The notes below the pieces were generated by a model. The model was not told the origin of the DNA. It saw only the letters and a program-made list of their open reading frames with translations, and ran no database searches. From contig JAVXOZ010000009.1 in assembly GCA_036644995.1 (NCBI GenBank), forward strand, positions 3,121 to 67,120: a DNA stretch of 64,000 nt, written 5' to 3'. The position numbers were made by a program, and so were the translations under genes. Source of the stretch: Clostridiales bacterium. GTDB taxonomy: Bacteria; Bacillota; Dehalobacteriia; UBA7702. Positions 55,722 through 64,000 of this stretch are shown piece after piece. Positions within the stretch are counted from its first letter, which is position 1. The number at the start of each line of letters is the position of its first letter.

Positions 55722-56707
55722 CAGATTTTCATAGCCTCTTTAACTAAACCCAAAGTTTCAGCTGCTCTTAGAGTAGCTTTTTTTCTGCCTGTTTCTAAAA
55801 TTTCCATAAGGCGTTCAGGGTGTTCAGCTAAAGCTACACGTCTTTCACGCATAGGGGCCATAAAATCGTTTAATTTTTTAGCCAGTTGTTTTTTGCAGGC
55901 AACACAACCAATTTCACCTTTTTTACAACGGCATTCAATATCCTTAGCTTCTTCTTTATTATAAAAAGTATGATATGTATGCACAGTGCAAATATCCGGG
56001 TGTCCCAAATCATCTTTTTTAATTCTGGCAGGGTCTGTAACCATTTGCCCCACTCTTTGCAAAATCATTTTTTCATCAGCATCCAAGGGTATATCATTAC
56101 CATAGCTCTTGCTCATTTTGCGATTATCGGTACCGGGCAAAAGCTTAATTTTTGCCAATAAAGCTTTTGGCTCGGGAAAAATATCGCAACTATACATATG
56201 GTGAAATCTCCGCACCAATTCACGGCAAAATTCCAAGTGGGGTATTTGATCTTCCCCAACAGGCACAGCCGTGGAGCGATAAACCAAAATATCCGATGCC
56301 ATTAAAAGTGGGTAGCCTAAAAAACCATGGGTGCAAATATCTTTGCCTTCTTTGCCAAATTGCACCACTTGATCCTTGTAAGTAGGAATACGTTCCAACC
56401 AGCTTAAAGGTGTAATCATGGAAAGCAGCAAATCAAGTTCTGCGTGTTCTTTAACTTGACTTTGCACAAAAATCGCACTTTTTTCAGGGTCTATCCCTGC
56501 TGCCATGTAATCCAATGCCATATTGTTAATATTTTCTTTTATATTCACAGTATCACTAAAACCCGTGGTTAAAGTGTGCCAATCTGCAATCATATAATAA
56601 TTTTCATTTTCTTCTTGAAGCTTCGCCCAGTTTTCCAAAACACTTAAATGCCCCAAATGTAACTTACCCGTTGGGCGCATACCGCTCAAAATAACTTCTT
56701 TAGACAT
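55721..56707 (-). CDS. trpS: tryptophan--tRNA ligase
   Basis: 328 aa; class I HIGH 'TGKLHLGH' and 'KMSKS' motifs. Confidence 0.9.
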   Translation of the reverse strand: MSKEVILSGMRPTGKLHLGHLSVLENWAKLQEENENYYMIADWHTLTTGFSDTVNIKENINNMALDYMAAGIDPEKSAIFVQSQVKEHAELDLLLSMITPLSWLERIPTYKDQVVQFGKEGKDICTHGFLGYPLLMASDILVYRSTAVPVGEDQIPHLEFCRELVRRFHHMYSCDIFPEPKALLAKIKLLPGTDNRKMSKSYGNDIPLDADEKMILQRVGQMVTDPARIKKDDLGHPDICTVHTYHTFYNKEEAKDIECRCKKGEIGCVACKKQLAKKLNDFMAPMRERRVALAEHPERLMEILETGRKKATLRAAETLGLVKEAMKI

Positions 56708-56859
56708 TATAAATTGTTCTCCTTATAATAACTTACTATTTCCCGTGGGAAATATATTCATTAGAAAATACCTATTTTAAAAATTCATCACCTCATAGAA
56801 ACTAAAATCTATGATTCAAAATATCTATATATCTATTAACAGATATAGGAAAAATCCCA

Positions 56860-57525
56860 TTACATGGCAATGCCTGCCATGGAATATATCCAAGATGATA
56901 TGGCTGTTACCGGGGTGCTGATAATAAAGCTGATAACAGAACGTCCACCAAAAATGGGGAAGCACATTGCCATCATAATAATCATGCCGAATTGCTCAAT
57001 TTGATAATAGCGATAACGCAGCTCGTTGGATAAAAATGCCGCTAAAACCCGAGAACCATCCAAAGGGGGCACGGGTATTAAATTAAACACCATTAAAACA
57101 ATGTTTATTTGGATAAAATACATTAAAAAATAAGCAAAATAATAGGCAGCCCCTGCCAATGAAGGTGAAACCATCCCCATTAAAAACTCATTGGTAAAGA
57201 GCAGTAAAATCCCACCAATTAAAGCCATTACCAAATTAGATGCAGGACCGGCTATTGCCACTATTGCCATACCTTTTTCTCTATTTTTAAATGCCATGGG
57301 GTTCACCGGCACAGGTTTAGCCCAGCCAAAACCTACCAACAGTAAAAACAAAGCACCGATGGGGTCTAAATGCTTTAAAGGGTTTAGGCTTAAACGCCCT
57401 TGACTTTTGGCGGTGTTATCGCCCAATTTATACGCTACATAACCGTGAGACAGCTCATGCAAGGTTAAGGCAATCAAAATTGCGGGAATGGATAATAAAA
57501 TCCGAGATAAACTTAAATCAAACAT
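56860..57525 (-). CDS. M50-family (site-2 protease-like) membrane zinc metalloprotease
   Basis: 221 aa; 'HELSH' zinc motif in a TM helix; about 5 TM. Confidence 0.75.
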   Translation of the reverse strand: MFDLSLSRILLSIPAILIALTLHELSHGYVAYKLGDNTAKSQGRLSLNPLKHLDPIGALFLLLVGFGWAKPVPVNPMAFKNREKGMAIVAIAGPASNLVMALIGGILLLFTNEFLMGMVSPSLAGAAYYFAYFLMYFIQINIVLMVFNLIPVPPLDGSRVLAAFLSNELRYRYYQIEQFGMIIMMAMCFPIFGGRSVISFIISTPVTAISSWIYSMAGIAM

Positions 57526-57547
57526 CTACATCTCCTTAATATACAAC

Positions 57548-60172
57548 TTAATCGTTATATTTACCTTTTAATAAATTCGCTTCCACATAGCCTAATTCCT
57601 TTTCTTTTGTTGGGAGATTACCTGTGGTTTTAGCACGAATTAAGTCTTCCAAAATTTTAGGGGTCATATTTCGCTGAAATCCCTGAAGATTTTTCAGGTC
57701 TTTGCGTTCACAAAGAATACGGTATTGGAAAAATTTCATAAAAACAGTGCCCATTTCGGTTCTAAATTCTTCATTAGCTTTCAAAAATAAAACTATAACA
57801 ATTTCCGAACTTAAATCCGAAAGTAAATAATACCATTCCACATCGTCCATTTCTTTAAACTCATCGTATATATAACCTTTGGTGTGGTTTAAGGTATAGG
57901 CATTATCTTTATAGGAACGGCGGCCATCTATTTTATCAAAAAATTCATCCAATTCATCCTTGGTAAAATCAACTATCAAAAGTAAAAAATAAACCAAAGG
58001 AATATCCGGCTTATTCTTTAAAAATTTTAAAAATGGAACCTTATCTTCAAACCATTTGCTTAGTTCGCCCAAGGAATAATCAAATTTATGCCCGGGAAAA
58101 ATATATTGCCATAAACCATATTCATTGTATAGCTGCAAAATATCATAGGGATTTTCTTCTTTTAAAGAAATTACCACTTCCTGCCAAATACGACGATAGG
58201 AAAGCTTTTCAAAAACACCATCCTGCACCGCTTTGGCGGCAAACATTTTGGTTTCTTCCTCCAATGTAAATTCATAACGCACAGCAAAACGCAGTGCCCG
58301 CAATAATCTGGTGGGGTCTTCCACAAAGCTTAAATTGTGTAAAACACGCAACTGACGTTTTTCCAAATCTTCTCTGCCGTTATAATAATCTATTAAAATA
58401 CCAATGGTGCTAAAATTTAAGGAAATAGCCATGGCATTAACTGTGAAATCACGGCGGTATAAATCTTGACGCAAGGTGCTGGTTTCCACCTGTGGCATTG
58501 CCGCAGGGTATTCATAAAATTCCGTTCTTGCTGATGCTATATCCAGTTTTAAATAACCGTCTATCACCACATTGGCAGTGCCAAAACGCTCATAAGCCGT
58601 AAGCTGACCATTATACACTTCCGCCACTACCCGAGCAAATTCAATGCCATCACCCTCCACCACAATATCTAAATCAGAAGAAGATGTTTCTAACAGCATA
58701 TCCCTAACCAAGCCACCAACCAAGAAAACTCTGCATCCTTTTCTATCAGCCAAAGAGGCAATTTCCCCTAAAATGCGGTAAGTGTTCTCGGGCAAAGAGT
58801 TTTTTAATTTTTGCAAAACATTACTGTAATCCTGGGAAATAAGTGTAGGTTGGTAAGTGGTTCTGTGACGGGATATTATTTTTTCACCATATAGTAGCTG
58901 TAATAAATCTGTGCGGGATATTATTCCCACCAATTCCTCCCCACGCATCACCGGGAAACGCCCAACATTTTCCTTTAGCATCATAGTTCTGGCTTGTTCC
59001 ACAGGCATAGATTCATCCAATGTTACAATATGGTGGGACATATAACCTTTAACCGGTACTTTACCAAAACCGTGGTATTTGGCTTTTTCCACATCTCGCC
59101 GTGAAATAATGCCGATAACTTTATTATCATCCATCACAGGGTAGCCCGAATGCCCATAACGCATTAAGTATTCATCTACCTCATTAATGGTGGTAGATGA
59201 CTTTATGGTTTTAACCGGGGTGGTCATAATATCCCCCACGGTTAAAGGAGGAGCAATAACGGATTCTAAAGTTTTTTCCAAATAGGCAACAACTTCATCT
59301 AAAGAAATATTATCCGCATCTTTAAGCATGGCACTTGAGGCATGGTCGTGCCCTACACCGCCGTAAAATTTTAAAACTTCACGCACGTTTATTTCCTCGG
59401 CACTGCTTCTGGCAACAATATAAATACGGTTGCCCATACGCACCACGGAAAAAATAGCATCTACAATATGAAAATCTCTTATTTTTCCGGTTATCAGTGC
59501 TAATTCCCCCACAAATTCATCTGTTTGGGTAATCCCAAAAAGCACTTTTTTACCACGGATAGTTTTTATATAGCAATTCGCCATTAAATCATTAAGTAAT
59601 TCTTGTTGTTCCGGGGTATATGCCCTAACAATATAATTGGCAACAACGTTTAAATTAGCGCCCTGTTTTAAAAGCCAAGCCGCAGCTTCCACATCCCTAT
59701 AAGTGGTGCTGGAATAAGAAAGAGAGCCGGTATCTTCATAAATTCCCAAAGCAAAAACCGTTGCCTCCTGAGAATCTATTTTTATGTTATTTTCTCTAAT
59801 CAATTCCACTAATTGAGTAACATTAGCCCCTAATTTTTCATAATGCAGTTCTGCACCTTCTATTTCAGAATCAGAGGGCAAATGATGGTCGTAAATAATA
59901 ACTTTTAAATTTTCATTATCCAAAACCGCAGCAAATTCCTGCAAACGTTTTTTGCTGCGAGTATCCACCATTATTAGGGTATCCACATCTTTTTTATTTT
60001 TGTAATTTTGAATTTCTATGGCTTCTTTATGTAGATTTATAAAATCCAAAACATTATTATCGGCCTTGCCAACGGTAACAAGAGTGGCATCGGGATAGAT
60101 TTTTTTTGCTGCCACCATAGATGCCAAAGCATCAAAATCCAAATTGGGATGACCAATAATTATTTTCATCAA
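57548..60172 (-). CDS. multidomain DHH-DHHA1 phosphoesterase / tandem CBS / poly(A)-polymerase-type nucleotidyltransferase (CCA-adding-enzyme-like) protein
   Basis: 874 aa; N-terminal 'GHPNLDFDALAS' DHH; two CBS motifs; 'VFLVGGLVRDMLL...DLDIVVEGD' PolA head-domain nucleotidyltransferase motif. Confidence 0.7.
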   Translation of the reverse strand: MMKIIIGHPNLDFDALASMVAAKKIYPDATLVTVGKADNNVLDFINLHKEAIEIQNYKNKKDVDTLIMVDTRSKKRLQEFAAVLDNENLKVIIYDHHLPSDSEIEGAELHYEKLGANVTQLVELIRENNIKIDSQEATVFALGIYEDTGSLSYSSTTYRDVEAAAWLLKQGANLNVVANYIVRAYTPEQQELLNDLMANCYIKTIRGKKVLFGITQTDEFVGELALITGKIRDFHIVDAIFSVVRMGNRIYIVARSSAEEINVREVLKFYGGVGHDHASSAMLKDADNISLDEVVAYLEKTLESVIAPPLTVGDIMTTPVKTIKSSTTINEVDEYLMRYGHSGYPVMDDNKVIGIISRRDVEKAKYHGFGKVPVKGYMSHHIVTLDESMPVEQARTMMLKENVGRFPVMRGEELVGIISRTDLLQLLYGEKIISRHRTTYQPTLISQDYSNVLQKLKNSLPENTYRILGEIASLADRKGCRVFLVGGLVRDMLLETSSSDLDIVVEGDGIEFARVVAEVYNGQLTAYERFGTANVVIDGYLKLDIASARTEFYEYPAAMPQVETSTLRQDLYRRDFTVNAMAISLNFSTIGILIDYYNGREDLEKRQLRVLHNLSFVEDPTRLLRALRFAVRYEFTLEEETKMFAAKAVQDGVFEKLSYRRIWQEVVISLKEENPYDILQLYNEYGLWQYIFPGHKFDYSLGELSKWFEDKVPFLKFLKNKPDIPLVYFLLLIVDFTKDELDEFFDKIDGRRSYKDNAYTLNHTKGYIYDEFKEMDDVEWYYLLSDLSSEIVIVLFLKANEEFRTEMGTVFMKFFQYRILCERKDLKNLQGFQRNMTPKILEDLIRAKTTGNLPTKEKELGYVEANLLKGKYND

Positions 60173-60493
60173 AAACTCCTCGCTTTATATAATTAAGTTT
60201 ATCTTAAACAATTAATTAAGTTTATCTTAAACAATGCCAAATACTATACCATAATCACTTTGTAAAGTATTATTATATCAAAAATTAAGGATAAGTTAAA
60301 GGCAAATTTGCATAAATACATCAAAATAACCTAACTTTTCACAAAATAGGACACTTTTACATAAATTACATATAGCATTTTTTCTAAGTTTATATTATAA
60401 TTATGTAGTGATTATGTAATGTTACTAATTTACCCATAATAAAAATCAATCTTTTAGTATATAAAAGTCCATAATGAGGAGAATCCGAATTAT

Positions 60494-63400
60494 ATGAATA
60501 ATGTTGAAGATACTGTGGTTTTGGGGTTGGACATCGGTTCAACCACAGTGAAAACCACAGTCTTGGATCAAAAAAACAACTGCATATTCAAGTGTTATCA
60601 ACGACACTTTTCTGATATTCGTGCCACTGTACTCAGCATATTAAACAAAGCAAAAGATGCCTTGGGCGATAAGGAGCTTTCAGTTATTATCACCGGTTCA
60701 GGTGGTTTAAGCTTAAGCGAACATATGCAATTACCTTTTATCCAAGAGGTTATTGCTTGCACCAAGGCAGTAGAGGAATTTATTCCCCAAACCGATGTGG
60801 TTATAGAGCTGGGTGGAGAAGACGCTAAAATAACATATTTTGGCAATGTAATGGAACAACGCATGAATGGTGCCTGTGCAGGGGGTACCGGGGCATTTAT
60901 TGACCAAATGGCACTACTTTTACGCACTGATGCTTTAGGCTTAAACGATTTGGCAAAAAAATACAACGTAATCTATCCCATAGCTTCACGCTGTGGTGTT
61001 TTTGCCAAAAGTGATATTCAACCACTGATAAATCAAGGTGCCGCCAAAGAGGATATTGCGGCATCTATTTTTCAGGCTGTGGTAAATCAAACAATTACGG
61101 GTTTAGCCTGTGGTAAACCCATACGTGGCAAAATTGCTTTTTTAGGCGGGCCGCTCCATTTTTTACCACAGTTACGCCAAGCTTTTATAAACACTTTAAA
61201 TCTCACAGAAGAAACAGCAATTTTACCTGAAAATGCCCACTATTATGTGGCTATGGGTTGTGCACTATCCGCCAAAGAAAACGGCAATTTGAAGGCGGAA
61301 AAAATATCCGCAATAATCAGCCGTTTAGAATCTATTAAAGTAAGTGAAATAGCCGGTAAAAAAGGCTTGGAACCACTATTTGAAAATAAAAAAGATTTAG
61401 AAGATTTTCGCCAAAGGCACAGCAAAGCCACAGCACCCAAAAAACCTTTAGCCCAAGCCACAGGTAATATCTTTTTAGGTATAGATGCAGGATCCACCAC
61501 CTCAAAAGCGGTTTTAATAGATGAAAACAGAAATATTCTTTACACTTTTTACGCAGGTAACAAAGGCGAACCTGTGGATTTATGTATTGAAATATTAAAA
61601 GATATATACACCAAATTACCACCAACTGCCACCATTGCCAACACCGTTATAACAGGCTATGGTGAAGATTTGGTAAAAGCTGCCTTAAAAGCTGATATGG
61701 GCGAAGTTGAAACCATGAGCCACTATAAAGCAGCGGAAGAATTTTTGCCCGGGGTGGAATTCATTTTAGATATCGGCGGTCAGGATATGAAGGCCATTCG
61801 CATACGCAATGGGGTCATTGAGAGCATTATCCTCAATGAAGCCTGTTCCTCGGGGTGCGGTTCTTTTATTGAAACTTTTGCCGAAAGTTTGGATATGTCG
61901 GTAAATGACTTTGCCAATGCCGCAATAAAATCACAAAATCCCGTGGATTTGGGCAATCGCTGCACTGTATTTATGAATTCCAAAGTAAAACAAGCACAAA
62001 AAGAAGGGGCAACTGTGGAAGATATTTCCGCAGGCTTATCCTATTCTGTTATAAAAAATGCACTTTATAAAGTTATTAAAATACGCAGACCCGAAGAATT
62101 TGGAGAAAAAATATTAGCACAAGGCGGCACTTTTTACAATGAAGCTATTTTACGTGCTTTTGAAAAAGAAACCAAACGAAACATTGTACGCCCGGACATT
62201 TCCGGACTTATGGGGGCAATGGGTGCCGCTATAATAGCACAGGAACGTTGTGTTGAAGGACATAAAAGCACCATTATCCATGGGGATGAATTGGCAGCTT
62301 TTAGCTATAAAAAAGACTTCCGCCATTGTTCAAAATGCCCAAATCAATGTTTGCTTACAATTATGAACTTTGCAGATGGCAGAAGTTTTATCTCAGGCAA
62401 TCGCTGTGAACGTGGGGCAGGTATTGAAAAACAACATAGCGATTTACCCAATTTATACGATTACAAATACCAAAGACTATTTTCCTATAAATCTTTAAAA
62501 CCGGAAAATGCACCACGTGGGGTTATCGGCATACCAAGAGTGCTAAATATGTATGAAAATTACCCGTTTTGGCATACCTTTTTTACAGATTTGGGCTTTT
62601 CTGTGGTTTTATCTCCAAAAAGTAATAAAACCATATTTGAAATGGGAATGGAAAGCATTCCCTCGGAAGCTGTGTGCTACCCTGCCAAATTGGCACATGG
62701 CCACATAAGTGCTTTAATAAATAAAGGTATTAAAACCATTTTTTACCCTTCTGTTGTTTACGAAACCAAAGAATATAAAGAAAGCGATAACAACTTTAAC
62801 TGTCCTGTGGTCAGCGGTTATCCCGATGTTATCAAAAATAATGTTGAAGAATTAAGGGAGCAGGAAATATGCTATCTGCGGCCTTATGTAACCTTAAATA
62901 ACCAAGAAAAATTGGCAGAAAGTGTTTTTGATACCTTTCAAAAACACAGCAATTATCAGATATCCAAAACAGAGATAGAAAAAGCAGCCACCAAGGCTTT
63001 TGCTGAGCTTTCTGCTTTCCGCCAAGATATGCACACTAAAGGCGAAGAAGTTTTGGAATATATAAAACAGCACAAAATTCACGGCGTGGTTTTAGCCGGC
63101 AGACCCTACCATGTTGACCCGGGCATTAACCATAGTTTGCCCAATATTATAACCGCCCAAGGCATGGCTGTGCTAACCGAGGACAGCATAGACCATTTAT
63201 GCCCCATTCAGCGACCACTACGGGTTCGTGACCAATGGTCTTACCATTCCAGATTATATGCTGCGGCATCTTTTGTGGGCACCCGTAAGGATTTGGAATT
63301 AATACAGCTCACCTCTTTTGGCTGTGGTATAGATGCAGTTACCAGCGACCAAGTAGCAGAAATTTTAGAGCATAATAATAAAATATACACAACCATAAAA

Positions 63401-64000
63401 ATAGATGAAGGTGATAATTTAGGAGCGGCAAAAATCAGAATTCGCTCTTTAAAAGTTACCATTGAGGAACAAAAAGCTTGTGAAAAAGAAAGTGTAGAAC
63501 CCCAAGTTCCTATAAAAAATCCTCTATTTACCAAAGCAATGAAACCAAAGCACACCATTTTAGCACCACAAATGTCCCCTATCCATTTTCAATTTTTATC
63601 AAAAGCCATGGAAGCCAACGGCTACAAACTTGAGGTTTTACCAAATATAGATAAAGATGCCATGGAAGAAGGATTAAAATACGTTCACAATGACGCTTGC
63701 TATCCCTGTATAATCACTACGGGTCAAATGATACACGCTTTAAAAAGCGGCAAATATGATTTAAACAATATTTCATTGTTAATGACCCAAACAGGGGGAC
63801 AATGCCGTGCCACCAACTATGTTTCATTTATCCGCAAAGCCTTAAAAGATGTGGGAATGGAACACATACCGGTAATTGCCATTTCCGCCCAAAAATTAGA
63901 AAAGCATCCGGGAATCCAGTGGAATCTGAAATTATTAAAGCATTTGGTATTGGGCATCAATTATGGAGATGCCTTAATGAACGTACTTTACCGTGTACGC
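60494..64000 (+). CDS. large CoA-substrate-specific enzyme activase-type protein (two BadF/BadG/BcrA/BcrD=HgdC-like ASKHA ATPase domains fused to HgdB-like dehydratase-component domains); 3' end beyond window
   Basis: open frame from ATG 60494 to window end (>1168 aa); '[11 protein letters not shown]' and '[13 protein letters not shown]' actin-fold ATPase phosphate-1 motifs; Cys-rich 'CSKCPNQC'. Confidence 0.7.
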   Translation, partial: MNNVEDTVVLGLDIGSTTVKTTVLDQKNNCIFKCYQRHFSDIRATVLSILNKAKDALGDKELSVIITGSGGLSLSEHMQLPFIQEVIACTKAVEEFIPQTDVVIELGGEDAKITYFGNVMEQRMNGACAGGTGAFIDQMALLLRTDALGLNDLAKKYNVIYPIASRCGVFAKSDIQPLINQGAAKEDIAASIFQAVVNQTITGLACGKPIRGKIAFLGGPLHFLPQLRQAFINTLNLTEETAILPENAHYYVAMGCALSAKENGNLKAEKISAIISRLESIKVSEIAGKKGLEPLFENKKDLEDFRQRHSKATAPKKPLAQATGNIFLGIDAGSTTSKAVLIDENRNILYTFYAGNKGEPVDLCIEILKDIYTKLPPTATIANTVITGYGEDLVKAALKADMGEVETMSHYKAAEEFLPGVEFILDIGGQDMKAIRIRNGVIESIILNEACSSGCGSFIETFAESLDMSVNDFANAAIKSQNPVDLGNRCTVFMNSKVKQAQKEGATVEDISAGLSYSVIKNALYKVIKIRRPEEFGEKILAQGGTFYNEAILRAFEKETKRNIVRPDISGLMGAMGAAIIAQERCVEGHKSTIIHGDELAAFSYKKDFRHCSKCPNQCLLTIMNFADGRSFISGNRCERGAGIEKQHSDLPNLYDYKYQRLFSYKSLKPENAPRGVIGIPRVLNMYENYPFWHTFFTDLGFSVVLSPKSNKTIFEMGMESIPSEAVCYPAKLAHGHISALINKGIKTIFYPSVVYETKEYKESDNNFNCPVVSGYPDVIKNNVEELREQEICYLRPYVTLNNQEKLAESVFDTFQKHSNYQISKTEIEKAATKAFAELSAFRQDMHTKGEEVLEYIKQHKIHGVVLAGRPYHVDPGINHSLPNIITAQGMAVLTEDSIDHLCPIQRPLRVRDQWSYHSRLYAAASFVGTRKDLELIQLTSFGCGIDAVTSDQVAEILEHNNKIYTTIKIDEGDNLGAAKIRIRSLKVTIEEQKACEKESVEPQVPIKNPLFTKAMKPKHTILAPQMSPIHFQFLSKAMEANGYKLEVLPNIDKDAMEEGLKYVHNDACYPCIITTGQMIHALKSGKYDLNNISLLMTQTGGQCRATNYVSFIRKALKDVGMEHIPVIAISAQKLEKHPGIQWNLKLLKHLVLGINYGDALMNVLYRVR

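Noticed and set aside
56708-56859. T-box leader upstream of trpS
   Set aside because: The intergenic region is only about 150 nt and lacks the conserved T-box sequence (AATTAGGGTGGNACCGCG) and a specifier/antiterminator arrangement.
1-64000. Transposase, integrase, recombinase or reverse-transcriptase gene associated with the repeat family
   Set aside because: None of the ORFs in the window has such motifs (no DDE, HUH, Tyr/Ser recombinase or RT signatures), so the repeats are non-autonomous within this window.

Overview
The window is a low-GC, spore-forming Firmicute (Clostridia-like) chromosomal segment with no rRNA, CRISPR array or transposase gene.

- **Housekeeping and sporulation genes.** serA, a UmuC-like Y-family polymerase, topB, an Fpg–CoaE fusion, polA, trpS, scpAB, and sporulation genes for a GerMN-domain protein and YtfI/YtfJ.
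- **Methylamine module (18.9–26.6 kb).** A COG0523 GTPase, RamA-type corrinoid reductive activase, MtmC corrinoid protein, MtmB, a URO-D-family MT2 and an Amt-type (methyl)ammonium permease. mtmB carries an in-frame TAG at 23409-23411 that matches the pyrrolysine position of archaeal MtmB. The gene should be read through rather than split into two ORFs.
- **Cobalamin/heme island (28.9–52.2 kb).** A roughly 24-kb anaerobic cobalamin/tetrapyrrole island next to the methylamine module: cobD, cobO, cbiKOQNM, cobQ, cbiB/C/D/ET/G/H/J/A, hemA, sirC, hemC, cobA-hemD, hemB, hemL, cbiL and cbiF. Two divergent cobalamin riboswitch candidates sit at about 34.3–34.9 kb.
- **RNA genes and leaders.** tRNA-Trp(CCA) and tRNA-Leu(GAG) on the minus strand, and a ZTP (pfl) riboswitch candidate ahead of a stand-alone AICAR-transformylase-domain gene.
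- **Novel repeat family.** A roughly 162-bp imperfect-foldback repeat occurs five times on the + strand (4426, 6261, 8402, 52337, 52525).
  - Each copy is bracketed by a direct duplication of a different, locus-specific palindrome (13–26 bp).
  - Two copies sit in tandem in what looks like the cbi-operon terminator; an uninterrupted paralog of that site lies at about 7.64–7.74 kb.
  - One internal helix shows compensatory substitutions between copies.
  - No transposase, recombinase or reverse transcriptase is encoded nearby.
  - It looks like an undescribed hairpin-targeting non-autonomous element or a structured small-RNA repeat.
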